Positions 26,008 through 42,407 of a stretch of DNA of 64,000 bases are shown one piece after another. The notes below the pieces were generated by a model. It was not told where the DNA came from, searched no databases, and worked only from the letters and a program-made list of their open reading frames with translations. Every line of letters starts with the position of its first letter. Position 1 is the first letter of the stretch. Source of the DNA: the human T2T-CHM13v2.0 reference genome, Homo sapiens; the NCBI RefSeq assembly GCF_009914755.1, contig NC_060940.1. One strand, written 5' to 3'. The translations under genes and the position numbers were made by a program.

Positions 26008-26350
26008 CAGTCATGCACTGCGACAATGTTTCCACCAACAACAGGCTGCGTACACAATGATGGTCCCATAAGATTATAATGCTGTATTTTTACCGTAACT
26101 TCTCTATGTTGAGATATACAAATACTTCCCGTTGTTTTACAATTGCCTAAAATCTTCAGTACAGGAACGTGCTGTACAGGTTTGTACCCCAGGAGCAACA
26201 GGCTATACCATTATACCTATAGCCTAGGTGTGTAGAAGGCTATACCATCTAGGTTTATGTGAGTACACGCTATGATGTTCACACAGAGATGACCTTGCCT
26301 AATGACACATGTCTTGAAACAGATCTTCATCGTTGAGCAACTCAGGACTG
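26008..26350. mobile_element. Tigger3a/MER7-like TcMar DNA transposon
   Basis: CAGTCATG...GACTG terminal inverted repeats with TA TSD on both sides. Confidence 0.8.
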
Positions 26351-26680
26351 TACTATAAGGGCTCAAAAGAGTCAAAACAGTAAGCATAACACTCAGGGCC
26401 CGGTGTGGTGGCTCACCCCTGTAATGCCAACAGTTTGGAAGGTGGATCACTTGAGCCCAGGAGTTTGAGACCAGCCTAGGCAACATGATGAAACACTATC
26501 TCTACAAAAAATACAAAAATTAGTCAGGCATGGTGGTGTGCACCTGTAGTCCCCGCTACTCAGGAGGCCTCCCAGCTGCTCAGGAGGCCGAGGTGGGAGG
26601 ACCGCTTGAGCCCAGGAGGTCAAGGCTGCAGTGAGCTGTGATTGCACCACTGCACTGCAGCCTAGGTGACAGAGAAAGGC

Positions 26681-26720
<40 letters not shown>

Positions 26721-27828
26721 AATGAACGAAAGAAAGAAAGGAACAAAGACAGAAAGAAACAGACACTCAGCACCCCAGAGCACAAAGCGTGATAAGAAGT
26801 GCGATCCAGGATATATATTTTGGAAATGCTCTACCATGCTATGTGCCAAAGTCTGGAAAGTTCCCAAAAGACCACCAGACAGGGACTGGTAAACTAACCA
26901 AGGCAGGGACTCACCTGCCATCACTGTCATTGTCTATAAGCACGTGGGTGCTTATAGAAAAGACACATCCAGCAGGGCATGGGCGCAGGCACCTGTAATC
27001 TCAGCTACTCAGGAGGCTGAGGTGGGAGGATCCCTTGAGCCCAGGAGTTCAAGATTACTGTGAACTGTAATCTGTGCCACTACACTCCAACCTGGGCCAC
27101 AGGGCAAAACCCTGTCTCAAAAAGAAATCTTGTGCTCCATGGCCAGTTTGTACTGCTGCCCTGCCTGTTGCAGGCACAAGTCGAAGAGCAAGTCTGAGAG
27201 GAACCATAGTACTTCAACTTGCCGACACAATGATTGGGCCAGAGTGTGGTCATGTGACACTCAATGAACCAATCAAAGTCCTTCCCTTGCCTTTTAGAAA
27301 CAGACTGGGAGACATTTACTGAGCACCTATTTTGAGGGACTTACAAGGTTTCCTTCCAGCTTTGAAATCCACGAACCTATAAAAATAATTCCATTTTTAA
27401 TTCCCCACTTGGAAACAATGATTTGTTAAGTACTTATTGTATGCTAAGCAATATGATCTATGCATTATCTTTCAACAACCTTACAAGATAGATAATATTT
27501 CTGTTTCCATTTCTTAAATAAGGAAAGGTTTCCCAGAAGTTAAACAATTTGCTTAAGGTCAAACAGCTAGAAAGTGCTCAAGTTTGAAGTTTCAATTTCT
27601 CTGACTCCAGAGTTCAGAGTCTTAATTAATGGCTAAACTGACTCTCATTGACATAATTATGCTCTGAGCCCATCACCAGTTCATTACAATTTCTTTGAAA
27701 ATACCATTTTTAATGGCTGTAACTTCTTTTTTATCTTGTGGATGCTGTATAATTTAAGTAACTCCCAGTTGTTGAATAATTAGGACATTCACAATCTTTG
27801 CCATTATAATCGGCATTTTGTTCTAAAT

Positions 27829-28028
27829 CTCAGTCAGCAAACTGCAGCTTGTGCGCCAGATTCACTTTTCTGCCTGTTTTGTTGGAACACAGCCACGTGC
27901 ATTTATTCCCATAGCGTCTATGGTTGCTTTCAAGGCAAAGTGGAGTAGTTGCAACAGAAACCTTATGTCCCACAAAGCCTCAAATACTTACAATCTGACT
28001 ATTTACAGAAAAGGTTTGCCAACCTCTG
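27829..28028. mobile_element. MER58A hAT DNA transposon
   Basis: tttacagaaaaggtttgccaacctctg terminus; perfect 8-bp TSD TTCTAAAT (27821-28, 28029-36). Confidence 0.85.
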
Positions 28029-28090
28029 TTCTAAATATTTATCTACAATGCTGATTCCATCCTTAGGATAAACATATAGAAAGAGAATCA

Positions 28091-29022
<932 letters not shown>

Positions 29023-29965
29023 TAATTTTTTTTTAAAGAGAGTATCAAGTCAAATTACTTTTCAGAAAGTTGATTTCAAGCAACATTGCCACCAGCAGTT
29101 TGTTTAAAGGTTTCATATCCCAGGCCTTCCACCTTGGCCAGCCCTGGATGACATTATGCAAATAGAAATTGAGGTATTCCACTGTTTCAGGGGCCTCTGG
29201 GGATACAGCAGTGACCAAAATACACAGGTCATTGCCCTCAAGGGGCTTGTAATCTATGAAAGGGGTGAGGAGATACAATAAACTGCTTGCCAAGTAAATA
29301 TGTCATTTGTCAGATGGCAATTGGTGCTATGAAGAAAATCAAAGTGGTTGATTTTCCACCCAAGAAGGTGGAGTGGGGTGCTAGTTTACATAAGGAGTTC
29401 AGCATCTGTCACTGATAACGATGACATTTGAGCAGAGAACTGAAGGAAGAGCATCCCAGGTGGAGGATAAAGCAAATACAGTGAACATGATATTTTCAAA
29501 ATTCAGCAGGGAAAATCATTATTTTTAGCTCCATAGTAGAGCGGTGCTGGGGAGTATTGAGATAATTTTGTCCAGCAGGTAAGTCCAAAGGTATTTCTGT
29601 TTGACTCTGAAGCCCCTTGCACTTGCAGCTGATTTGCTTCGAGATTAGGGTTGGCTAAAGCTAACACTAAAATTAGCTTTCGTTTCCTAAATAAACAGCA
29701 GCTGGCAGTACATTTGGGGGTGGAGAGCAGCCTGAATGAGCAGGGTAACAAGAAAAAAAATTGAGGTTTTCACATTTGCTAAGGAAGGAGAGATGCATAT
29801 CAGTAACTGAGTCAGGTGATATATTCAAGCCTCCCTGGGTGGTGGTGTCTTCTGAAACCATAACATGTTAAAATCCTCACTGTCATCAGAAATATTTTCC
29901 TTTCCCTCCTCCTCCTTCATTCAATCACCAAATCCTGTAATATCTCCCTCAGAATGAGCACATGA

Positions 29966-30082
29966 GGCTGGGCACAGTGACTCATGCTTGTAATCCCAGC
30001 ATTTTGGGAGGCCAAGGCAGGCATTAGGGCCAGGAGTTCCAGACCAGCCTGGGTAGCATGGTGAAACCACATCTCTACCAAA

Positions 30083-30125
<43 letters not shown>

Positions 30126-30480
30126 AAAATTAGCTTAGCTGGTCATGGTGGCACACACCTGTAGTCTCAGCTGCTTGGGAGGCTGAGGTGGGAGGATCAC
30201 ATGAGCCTGGGGAGGTCAAAACTGCAGTGAGTGATGATTGCACCACTGCATTCCAGCCTGGGCAACAGAGCAAGACTCTGATTAAAATTTTTTTTTTTTT
30301 GCTGGGCATGGTTGTGCACACCTGTAGTCCCAGCTACTCAGGAGGCTGAGATGGAGGATCACTTGAGCCCAGGAGTTTGAGGCTACGGTGAGTTATGATT
30401 GTGCCACTGCACTCCAGCCTGGATGACAGAGCAAGACCCTGTCTCAAAAATAAAATAAAATAAAATAAAATAAAAATAAA
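29966..30480 (+). mobile_element. AluJ with internal (TA)n, plus an Alu monomer
   Basis: (TA)n at ~30088-30123 in the Alu linker. Confidence 0.85.
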
Positions 30481-31325
30481 ATGCCAACATGATAATGTCA
30501 CACTCTTATATTAGTAATGTCTGTTTATTCCCAGCTAGAACTCTCATCTTTGGCTTAAATAGACACTCACAACCTTAGCTCCTTTTCCATCCTTCATTCC
30601 TGCCACATCTGCCCCAGATGTGCTCTGCTCCTGCCACACTCACCTCAAATGTAACTGTGGTGGCCAGCATCCAAGATGACCATCAGGGATTATCATCTGG
30701 CAATGATGCCCATGTCTGATCCCTTTCCATGTTGGATGGAGCTGAGCGATCTGTAGGATATTGCAAAAGTGGCAACATATAGCTTCCAAGCATAGATCAT
30801 TAAAGATGTTGTGTCTTTCTCCTTGCTCTCTCTTGAGCTGCTCTCTTGGGGAAGTCAGCCATCCTGTTGTGAGGACGCTGAAGCAACCCTGTGGGAATAT
30901 CAGTGTGGTGAGAAACTGAGGCCCCCAGCCAACAGCCATGCGCGTGAGCTGCCTTGGAAGCCTGACTTCACACATCCACCGGATGACTTCTGGAAGCCTG
31001 ACTCCACGTGTCCACATCTGCTCCATCTCCTTCAGAACTAGGCTGTTGGCCAATGCCCCTGTTTGTGTCTTGCTATTTCACTTGGACTATGACTAGGATT
31101 CAGGGGGCAAAAATCACCAATTATGGTGAATTCATGTTTTAGTTGATGCAGCTCCCATCAGCAAGGGCTTTTGCCTTTTTTAATGAAAATACCCACCTGG
31201 CATGGTGGCTCACACCTGCACTTTGGGAGGCCGAGGCAGGTGTATCGCTTGAGCCCAGGAGTTCAAAACCAGCCTGGGAACATGGTGAAACCCTGTCTCT
31301 ACTAAAAACAAACATTAGCCAGTCA

Positions 31326-31574
<249 letters not shown>

Positions 31575-32082
31575 TCATAAATTATTCTCATGTAATTTGA
31601 AATCATCTACCACAAGGAGAACAAACACAAAAACTGCATAATCTCACAGCTTGCTGATAAGAACAGAGGGCTTACCAGTGGCAGTGAGGGCTTGGTGCTT
31701 GCCCTTGAAAGTGGAGTTCTCACCTGGAATTTCTATAATAGACCCAGAGTCAACAGCCAGGTTCATGCCTGAGGGAGCTCAAGGACCATACTGGCTGCTC
31801 TGTGAAATGACTACCCCTGGCTTTTGGGAGGTTTAGAGATGACTTGAGCTCTTCATAACTAAAAACATCCATGGCATTTGAGCCTCACCCAATCTCTCAA
31901 CTTTGTCATTCCCTGGGGATTTAGGGTGCACCGTTGGCTGGGGAACCAGCTGGCTAAAGAGAGAGGCAGTGCACCTGAGACTGTACATGAGCCCGGGCAC
32001 CTGAGACAGGGAATCTGAGACAGTACTCTCTGTACTTCTTTATCCTCCTCTATAAAGTGATTCTAATAATAGCATCTACCTC

Positions 32083-32212
32083 TGTAGAAGAAAAAATTAT
32101 TCAATGGCACATGTTAAAATACGGTAAGGCAGATTTTTCAGGACCATCATGATAGGTATAGGGAACATAGTAATGAAATTTTGCAATGGGAGAGAGATTG
32201 GGCTCAGTCTTA
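32083..32212 (-). mobile_element. Truncated LTR-type repeat fragment
   Basis: tgtagaagaaaaaattattcaat...gggagagagattgggctca resembles an ancient LTR terminus; family uncertain. Confidence 0.5.
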
Positions 32213-32214
32213 AA

Positions 32215-32440
32215 TGGCTGGCCGGCTAAGTGGCTGACTGGGAGGCTGGGTGAGGGGTAGGCTGGGAGGCTGGCCGAGTGGCTGTCTTGGAGGCTTGCCA
32301 GCAGGCTGGCTGGCCCGCTGAGAGGCTGGTGGGCTGGCTGAGAAGCTGGTCGAGAGGCTAGCGGGCAGTCTTCCTGGCTGAGTGAGAGGCTGGCTGGCTG
32401 AGAGTCTGGCTGAGAGGCTAGCTGAGATGTCGGCTGGCTC
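32215..32440 (+). repeat. Degenerate G-rich (GGCT/GGCTGA/GAGGCT)n repeat
   Basis: About 22 GGCT units in ~225 bp with strong G skew. Confidence 0.85.
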
Positions 32441-32494
32441 CGTCTGGGTTGGATGAGGACACTTTGGAGGAGGGAGCAGGAATAAGGAAGATAC

Positions 32495-32670
32495 CCTTAC
32501 CACCTGCTATCCCCCAGAGCTGGGAGCACCCGGCGCTGAGGGTGGGAGGCGGCAGTGACCGGGCACAGCTTATAGCACCCGGCTCCCTCCGTGCACCCTC
32601 GGATGCCAGGAACACCTTCCCTATGAGCACTCCCCATGGCCCTACCGTGGTGGACTGCGGGCCGCAGTCT
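32495..32670 (-). promoter_or_regulatory. Candidate TATA + CpG mini-promoter and first exon
   Basis: Minus strand: TATAA (32574-32570), about 10 CpGs in 150 bp, donor GTG|GTAAGG at 32500. Confidence 0.35.
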
Positions 32671-33048
32671 CTATCTTATCCTCAAAGGTTTTCTGTAGAT
32701 CTAAAACTGTTCTAAAACAGAAAATTATGTGTGTGGGTAAGTAATTTCCTGGCTCAAAATAAAAGCTATTTTCATTGTGGTTAAGGGTAAGGTCACTGGA
32801 TGAGAACCTGGTTTCCGATTATTTCCTGTGTGAGCTGGACCACATGCCACAACCTTTCTGAGCCTGTTTTCTCATCCATAAAATGAGGATATAAGACTAG
32901 AGCTTAGGTCTCAGGGCTGTGGCAAGAACAATTGCCTAGAGGCAGCCTATATTTCCATCGATAGGAGATGGATTAAATAAATTTTGACACATCTGTGCAG
33001 CAATTACCTCTATATGTAGATATATAGAAAATTATATTTATAGAAGGT

Positions 33049-33349
<301 letters not shown>

Positions 33350-33392
33350 TATAGAAGGTATATTATGAAGTGAAAAAGCAAGGTGGAAGCTA

Positions 33393-33503
<111 letters not shown>

Positions 33504-35062
33504 CTACAAACAATAAAAAAGTAAAAATTAGCCAGGGATGGTGGCACATGCTTGCAGTCCTGGCTACTCAGGAGTCTAAGGAAGGAGGATTGCTAAGCCC
33601 AGGATTTCAAGGTTACAGTGAGCCATGCTCATGACACTGCACTCCAGCATGGGTGACAGAGTGAGACACTGTCTCAAAAACAAAACAAAACAAAACAAAA
33701 CAAAACAAAACAAGATGCCAGGTAAGCCACCTTTGGGGTTAAAAAACCAAGAATATATGTGTATATGTTTGTAAATGCATCATACATCTCAGGACAAGGG
33801 CAGGGAAAATTTTACTGATTACCCCTTTTTTTTACTAAATAGACATATTACTAATACATGCTCAAATTTTAAAAAATGATCTTTAAGTCTGTGGCACAGA
33901 GGAAGTGTCAGGAAATGATGGCTATTTCTATTGTGAGACAATTCCTCCCTCTTCCCTTCCTTACTGGAGGCCACCTCCCCACCCCCAGTCCCAGCCTGCA
34001 GATCTGGAAAGGGATGGGTGGAACCCAGTTGTTCCACGTATGGAAGATGGAATGTGATGGAGGCGAGTGGTGACTGTGCAGTGACCTTAGAGAGAAGACC
34101 CAGCACTTCCTGCTGGCTGCACCTGGCACCTGGCACCTGGCACCTGGCCCTGACTTGGATCTGCACCTGAGCCAGGGAGACCTCAGTTTTTTCTTCCAGG
34201 AGCAGAAGAATGAACCAGGTTCCTGAAGGAGACTTCCCACTCCCAGAAGAGGAACAATTTTACAGGAATAGAAATTGGATAGTTCTTCAGGAAACAACAG
34301 TCTCTTAAATCTCCTGTTTGAAGGAATAGAAGACGACCATTTAGGAGGATGTCTTTGTTCTCAGGAGGTACCTAGAAAAGTAGCTGGGATTGAGGTAGGC
34401 TAAAAGATGTCTCCCGAAGATTTCAGACCCTAATCTAAAAAAAAAGTGTGAACATTACTATGTAGTGAAGAATTACTTTACTCACAGAGAGGTCTATCCC
34501 TTTGCCTCCAGCTCCTGGGGGGTGATCTCTAAGCCCCTGAGATGGACATCTGTATTTACCTGGATCCTTGGGTGACATCAGATAATTTAGCAATGTGATT
34601 TATGGTGGAGCTTTGTGAATTAGCCAACAAATGTATGATAATTTGTTGCAGCAGTCACAAGAAACGAATACAGGAATGCAGTTTCAAAAAGTCTGTAATT
34701 AACTCTCATATGGCTCAGAGAGAAGTAGGAAGAAGCAAGTCTGGTAAAATGTGAACAATTAGTGAACTTACATAAAAGGAATGTGGTTGTCTATTGTACT
34801 GTTCTTGCAAATTTTTGTTGGTTTGAAAATTTTCAGAATAAAAGATGGAGGAAGGAATAAAAATACTCATTTAAAACATTACAGTATAGGCCGGGTATGG
34901 TGGCTCATGCCCGTAATCAACATTTTGGGAGGCTGAGGCAAGAGGATCGTTTGAGGCCAGGAGTTTGAGACTAGCCTGGCCAACATGGCAAAACCCTGTC
35001 TCTACTAAACATGCGAAAATTATCTGGGTGCGATGGCACACAACTGTAACCCGAGCTACTCA

Positions 35063-35167
<105 letters not shown>

Positions 35168-35449
35168 CTAACAATAATAAAAATAAAATAAAATAAAACA
35201 AAACAGCATGGAAAAGTCCAGGATCTTCAAATATTGCTGGAGTATTACTGCCAAGCCCAATGTAGTCAGAAGTAGGATTTGAATATTTAAATGCATCCTT
35301 TGCTGATTGGACAGAATGTAACCTTTAAAAATTATTTTCCTTCTTATACAAACAGCAGGGTTCCTTCTTCATCACTGAAGAATAAGATGGCATGCTTCAG
35401 ACCACAGCATCAATGCCCATGCCAGGTAGCTTCACTTTGTGGTTCCTGG

Positions 35450-35841
35450 GTGATGGCTCTGTGTTCCCATCCAAATCTCATACTGAATTGTAATCCCCAG
35501 TGTTGGAAGTGGGGCCTGGTGGGAGATGATTGGATCATGGGGGTGGTTTCTAATGGTTTATCATCATCCTTCTAGTGGTGTCTTGTGACAGAGTTCTCCT
35601 GAGATCTTCTTGTTTAAAAGTGTGTAGCACTTCCCCTAAGCCTCTCTCCTCCTCCTTCTCCTGCCATGCAGATGTGCCTGCTTCCCCTTTGCCTTCTGCC
35701 ATGATTGTAAGTTTCCTGAGGCCTCCCCAGCCATGCATCCTGTACAGACTGTGGAACTGTGAGCCAATTAAACCTCTTTTCTTTATAAATTAGCCAGTCT
35801 CAGGTATGTCTTTATAGCAGTGTGAGAACAGATGAATACAC
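35450..35841 (+). mobile_element. MST-type MaLR LTR
   Basis: ccaaatctcatactgaattgtaatcccc...ctttatagcagtgtgagaacagatgaataca. Confidence 0.8.
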
Positions 35842-36354
35842 TGGGCTTGTTTCTTGTGCTCAAAGGCCAAGTGTCATGGATATTAATTACCAAGTCACAT
35901 GCTGGTCATAAACTTACATGATGTGCTCCCTGGAAACTAAGCTAGAAACTCACCAAGGAGGGTTTGGTGGCGTGGGGGTGCAGGTTGGGGGATCAAAGGA
36001 ACTGATGAGAGGCACAGAGAATAGGAGACCTGGTTTCTTGCACTCTGCCCTGTATCACATTTCTGCTGGTGCTGAGGTTAATTGCACCACCTCTGGGAGT
36101 GATTTACTCAGGCTGTGATCCTGGCCCCAGCTCTGACTACTTGGTAATTGGCAAATTATTTGACACCTTTATGCCTAAGTTTCCTCATCTGTAAAATGGA
36201 TGTGATAATAAGTGCTGTAATGTTTTTAAAAATAAATAAGGATAGGGTCTCGCTATGTTGCCCAGGTTGTTCTCAAATTCCTGGGCTCAAGCAATCCTCC
36301 TGCCTTGGCCTCCCAAAGTGCTGGGATTATAGGCATAAGCCACCATGCCCAACT

Positions 36355-37113
36355 GAGTAATATTTACTGCTGCATAACAAATTTACCCAAAATATAGCAA
36401 TCTAAAACAACAAATAAGAATTTATTGTCTCTCACAGCTTCTATAGGTCAGGAATTCAGGAGCAGCTTAGCTTGGAGTTTCTGGCTCAGAAACTCAGGGT
36501 CTCTCATGAGTTTGCAGTTAAGATGTTGCAGGAGCTGCAGTCATCTGAAGGCTTGACTGGGGCTGGAGGACCTGCTTCCAAGGTGGCCAGACACATGGCT
36601 GTTCCTCTGTTCCCCTACACACAGGCATCTCCACAGGGCTAACTGTGGGTCCTTACAAAATGACAGCTGGCTTCTCCCAGAATGGGTAACTCAAGAGAGA
36701 GAAAGAGGAAGGAAGCAGCAGCAGTGTCTTTTATAACCTAGTCTTGGAAGTCACATGCCATCATTTCTCTGTTTTCCTTTTTTTGAGACAAGGTCTCACT
36801 CTGTAGCCCAGGCTGGAGTGCAGTGGTACAATCACAGCTCACTGTAGCCTCAACCTCCTGAGGGCTCAAGAGATCCTCCTGCCTTAGCCTCCTGAGTAGC
36901 TGGGACGACAGATGTGTGCCATTGCCACCATGCCAGTTAATTTTTAATATTTTGTAGAGGTGGGGTCTTACTATATTGCTCAGGCTGACATACCATTATT
37001 TCTACAATATCTTATTGGTGGCACATATTGGCCCTATTCACAGGGCATACACAAGAAGGTGAATACCAGGAGGGGAGGATCATTGAGAGCCATTTTGAAG
37101 GCTGTCTACCACA
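36355..37113 (-). mobile_element. MLT1 LTR with an inserted Alu (36776-36987)
   Basis: ggtcaggaattcaggagcagcttagct...ggctgtctaccaca. Confidence 0.7.
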
Positions 37114-37507
37114 AGTATCTAACTCAAAGGGTTGCCATGGGGATTAAATGCGTTAGTATATGGAAAGAATCCTAGACCAAAGCTTATATACAGTAAATGT
37201 TTATAAATGTTAGTTTTTGTTATTATTGGCCCGTAGCATAGCAGTTTCACTACAGATACTGTCATTTTTAAGGTAATAATCTTTCTGTCTTCGTTTGTTT
37301 GTTTGTTTTTATCTGGTTACAGATTAAAATCAGCAATTATCTTTTTTTTTTCCTTTTTTGCCCATCTTCAATCTCAAAATCACCTATGGATTTTTGAGTT
37401 GAATGTTGTCTTTTAAAACAATTTTAAATGGTTTTGAACTTATGAAAATAATGCTTGTTGAAAAACTTGACAGAAATATGTATAACATGGCCAGGCACTG
37501 TGGCTCA

Positions 37508-37795
<288 letters not shown>

Positions 37796-38397
37796 TCAAT
37801 AACACAGAAACAAGCAGAATAAAAAGTAGCATCCCTCTTCATACCTCTCTCGTGCTTCTCTTCCCAGAGGTAACCACTTTTAAGTTTATAGTCTTCTGAC
37901 CACTTTGTCTTAAAAGACATGCTGTACTGGTATTAAATACATGGGATTATTGTGTTTATATGGGTCAGTGATTTAAGAATTGGTTGAACAGTTTATCTTG
38001 AAAATTATGCATGTTATAACAAGGCATTTAGATAATAGCCCCAAGCTCCACCTCACTCCTGCTGGCATGACCATTGTGAAATATTTTTTTTCTAGAGGGT
38101 AGGGGGATGTTTTCATATTTTGGGATATTACATAGGATGGAATAATGGAATTGTGATACAGCTGGATCTACAAATAGGCTGGTTGACTTCATTTCACATC
38201 TACAATGCAATATTGGAGAAAGGGTGTGAGCTCTGAATTGGAGACCGATCTGGATTTGAATGTTGGTTCTGATGCTTCCTAATGAGATGAGTTTAGGCAA
38301 GTTTTTCTTTGTTTGTCTGTCTGTATCTCTCAGTTTCCATATTTGCAAAGCCACCTCATGGATATGTTAAGTGAGGTCATGCATGATGTCAGGTGCA

Positions 38398-38560
38398 TCC
38401 TAGCCTGAGGTGCTTAGTTGACTCCTAGCCTGAGGTGCTTAGTCCAGGTTAGCTCCCTTCCGTGGTCCAGGTTAGCACCTTTACTTTGCCCTAGGTTGGC
38501 TCCCTTTTCTTAGTTTTGGTTAGCACCGTTTCTTTGGTCTAGGTTAACACCCTTTTCTGC
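38398..38560 (+). repeat. Two copies of a 21-bp unit followed by five degenerate 23-24-bp tandem units
   Basis: tcctagcctgaggtgcttagt at 38398 and 38423; GGTT anchors at 38447, 38470, 38494, 38518, 38542. Confidence 0.75.
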
Positions 38561-38579
38561 ACCCCACTTCTGGAAAGAC

Positions 38580-38604
38580 TGTGGGACTTCCCACAAGGGG
38601 GCGC
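38580..38604 (+). promoter_or_regulatory. Candidate CTCF site overlapping a kappaB-like motif
   Basis: CCACAAGGGGGCGC (38591-38604) with intact CpG; GGGACTTCCC (38583-38592). Confidence 0.5.
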
Positions 38605-38989
38605 AGGTACAAAGGTATTGCAGCCGGGAAGCAGAGCACAGTCCCTGCCCGTGGAGGCTAAGGGGCCACCTTTGTATGTCTCTGCTGTGTGCAAACACCA
38701 TCCTCTCAGGAGAGGGCACAATAAAATGATCTCAGTTATGAGTGCTCCAGGGGTTGGCCACAGCTCTGTTCTCCCTCTGGGGAGCCTGTCTTCTAGTTGC
38801 TATGCAATTTTCCGTCCTTCTCTTCCCAAAGGCACTGAGTGAAATCCCTTTTGTGACCAGGAGCTTTAGTTTTTACCAACTTTAAAGTAGATGATGTCGT
38901 ACTTCCAGTGTTTTCACTATCAGGTTAGCTGAAGAAATTTGGACAGAATCAAGGGCCACTCAAAAAATGCTTGCATGAACACAGTGTAA

Positions 38990-39799
<810 letters not shown>

Positions 39800-39813
39800 C
39801 TTAGATTTTTTAA

Positions 39814-41020
<1,207 letters not shown>

Positions 41021-42407
41021 ACATGATGTTGCCCAGGCTGGTCCTGAACTCCTGTACTTAAGTGATCCACTGGCCTCAGGCTCCCAAAGTGCTGGGATTA
41101 CAGGTGTGAGCCACCAAACACAGCTGGTACTATTATTAGCCCCATTTGATGAGTGAAAAAAATAGAGACAACAGAGAGGGCTGACAACTTTCCCAACATC
41201 ACACAGCCAGGAAATGCTGGCGGCAAGTTTCAAAGTCTTTTCTATCCAAACTCCACAGCTTGCAGGTCTTAACTGCTGCATATGTAGACTTTCTGCTCGA
41301 GATAAAGACAACTGGACTTGGAATTAAAACACATGGTTGAATCACTGTTCTTTACCACTGAGTAAACTGATCATGGGAAAGTCCCCTGGTTTTATCCATT
41401 TCTTGATAAAAAACTGAAGTCTGGGGAGAGTATGAATTTTTTTGTTTTGTTTTAGAGACAGGGTCTCACTCTATTGCATAGGCTGGAGTGCAGTTGTGTG
41501 ACCATAGCTCCCTGCAGTCTCTAACTCCTGGGCTCAAGTGATCTGAGTTGCTGGGGCTACAGGCATGTGCCACCATGCCTGGCTAATTTATTTGTTTTAG
41601 AGATGAGGTCTCAGTATGTTGCCCAGGCTGGTCTCAAACTTCTGGCCTTAAGCAATCCTCTCACTTCAGCCTCCCAAGTTGTTGGGATTACAGGGGCAAT
41701 CCACCATGTCTGGGAAAAGTATGAATCTTAACTCCACTGAGAGCACTCTCACCGGGTTGTGTGTCATATCCAATAATGGGTGTGAAAGTGCTCGGCAAAC
41801 TGTAAAACAAGGTACACCCATATTAAGGGTGTGTTGACAAAGTTGAAGCTGATGATGATGATGGCCAGGAAACAATCAGTCAGGGACTATAGGGTTCTCA
41901 TCAAATTTGGGGGTTGCTTTATTTTTTTCTCCTTTCTTACTTTTAGCCCCAGGGACCATATTCATTCAATAGATATTGAATACCTACTATGTGCCAGGCA
42001 CCATCCTAGGCACTGGGGATTCAACAACAGACAACAGAACAGAGCAAAGTCCCTGCCCTCTGGGAGCCCACATTGTAGAGACAAGACACACATGCATCTA
42101 TAATGTGTCAGGCAGGGACGAGTGCTTTGGAAAATAATAAAGCAGAAGCCGGGTGTGGTGGCTCATGCCTGTAATTGCAGGCTCCCACCAAGGTGGGAGG
42201 ATCACTTGAGGCCAGGAGTTCAAGACCAGCCTAGGCAACATAATGAGACCCTGTCTCTACTAAAAATTTTTAGAAGTTAGCCAGGCATAGTGGTGCACGT
42301 CTGTAGTCCCAGCTACTCAGGAGGCTGAGGCAGGAGGATCACTTAAGGCCAGGAGGTCAAGGTTGCAGTGAGCTAGGATTGTGCCACAACACTCTAGCAT
42401 GGGCAAT

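Noticed and set aside
32210-32503. S/Q/P-rich 97-aa ORF
   Set aside because: Product of the low-complexity GGCT repeat; no support as a coding sequence.
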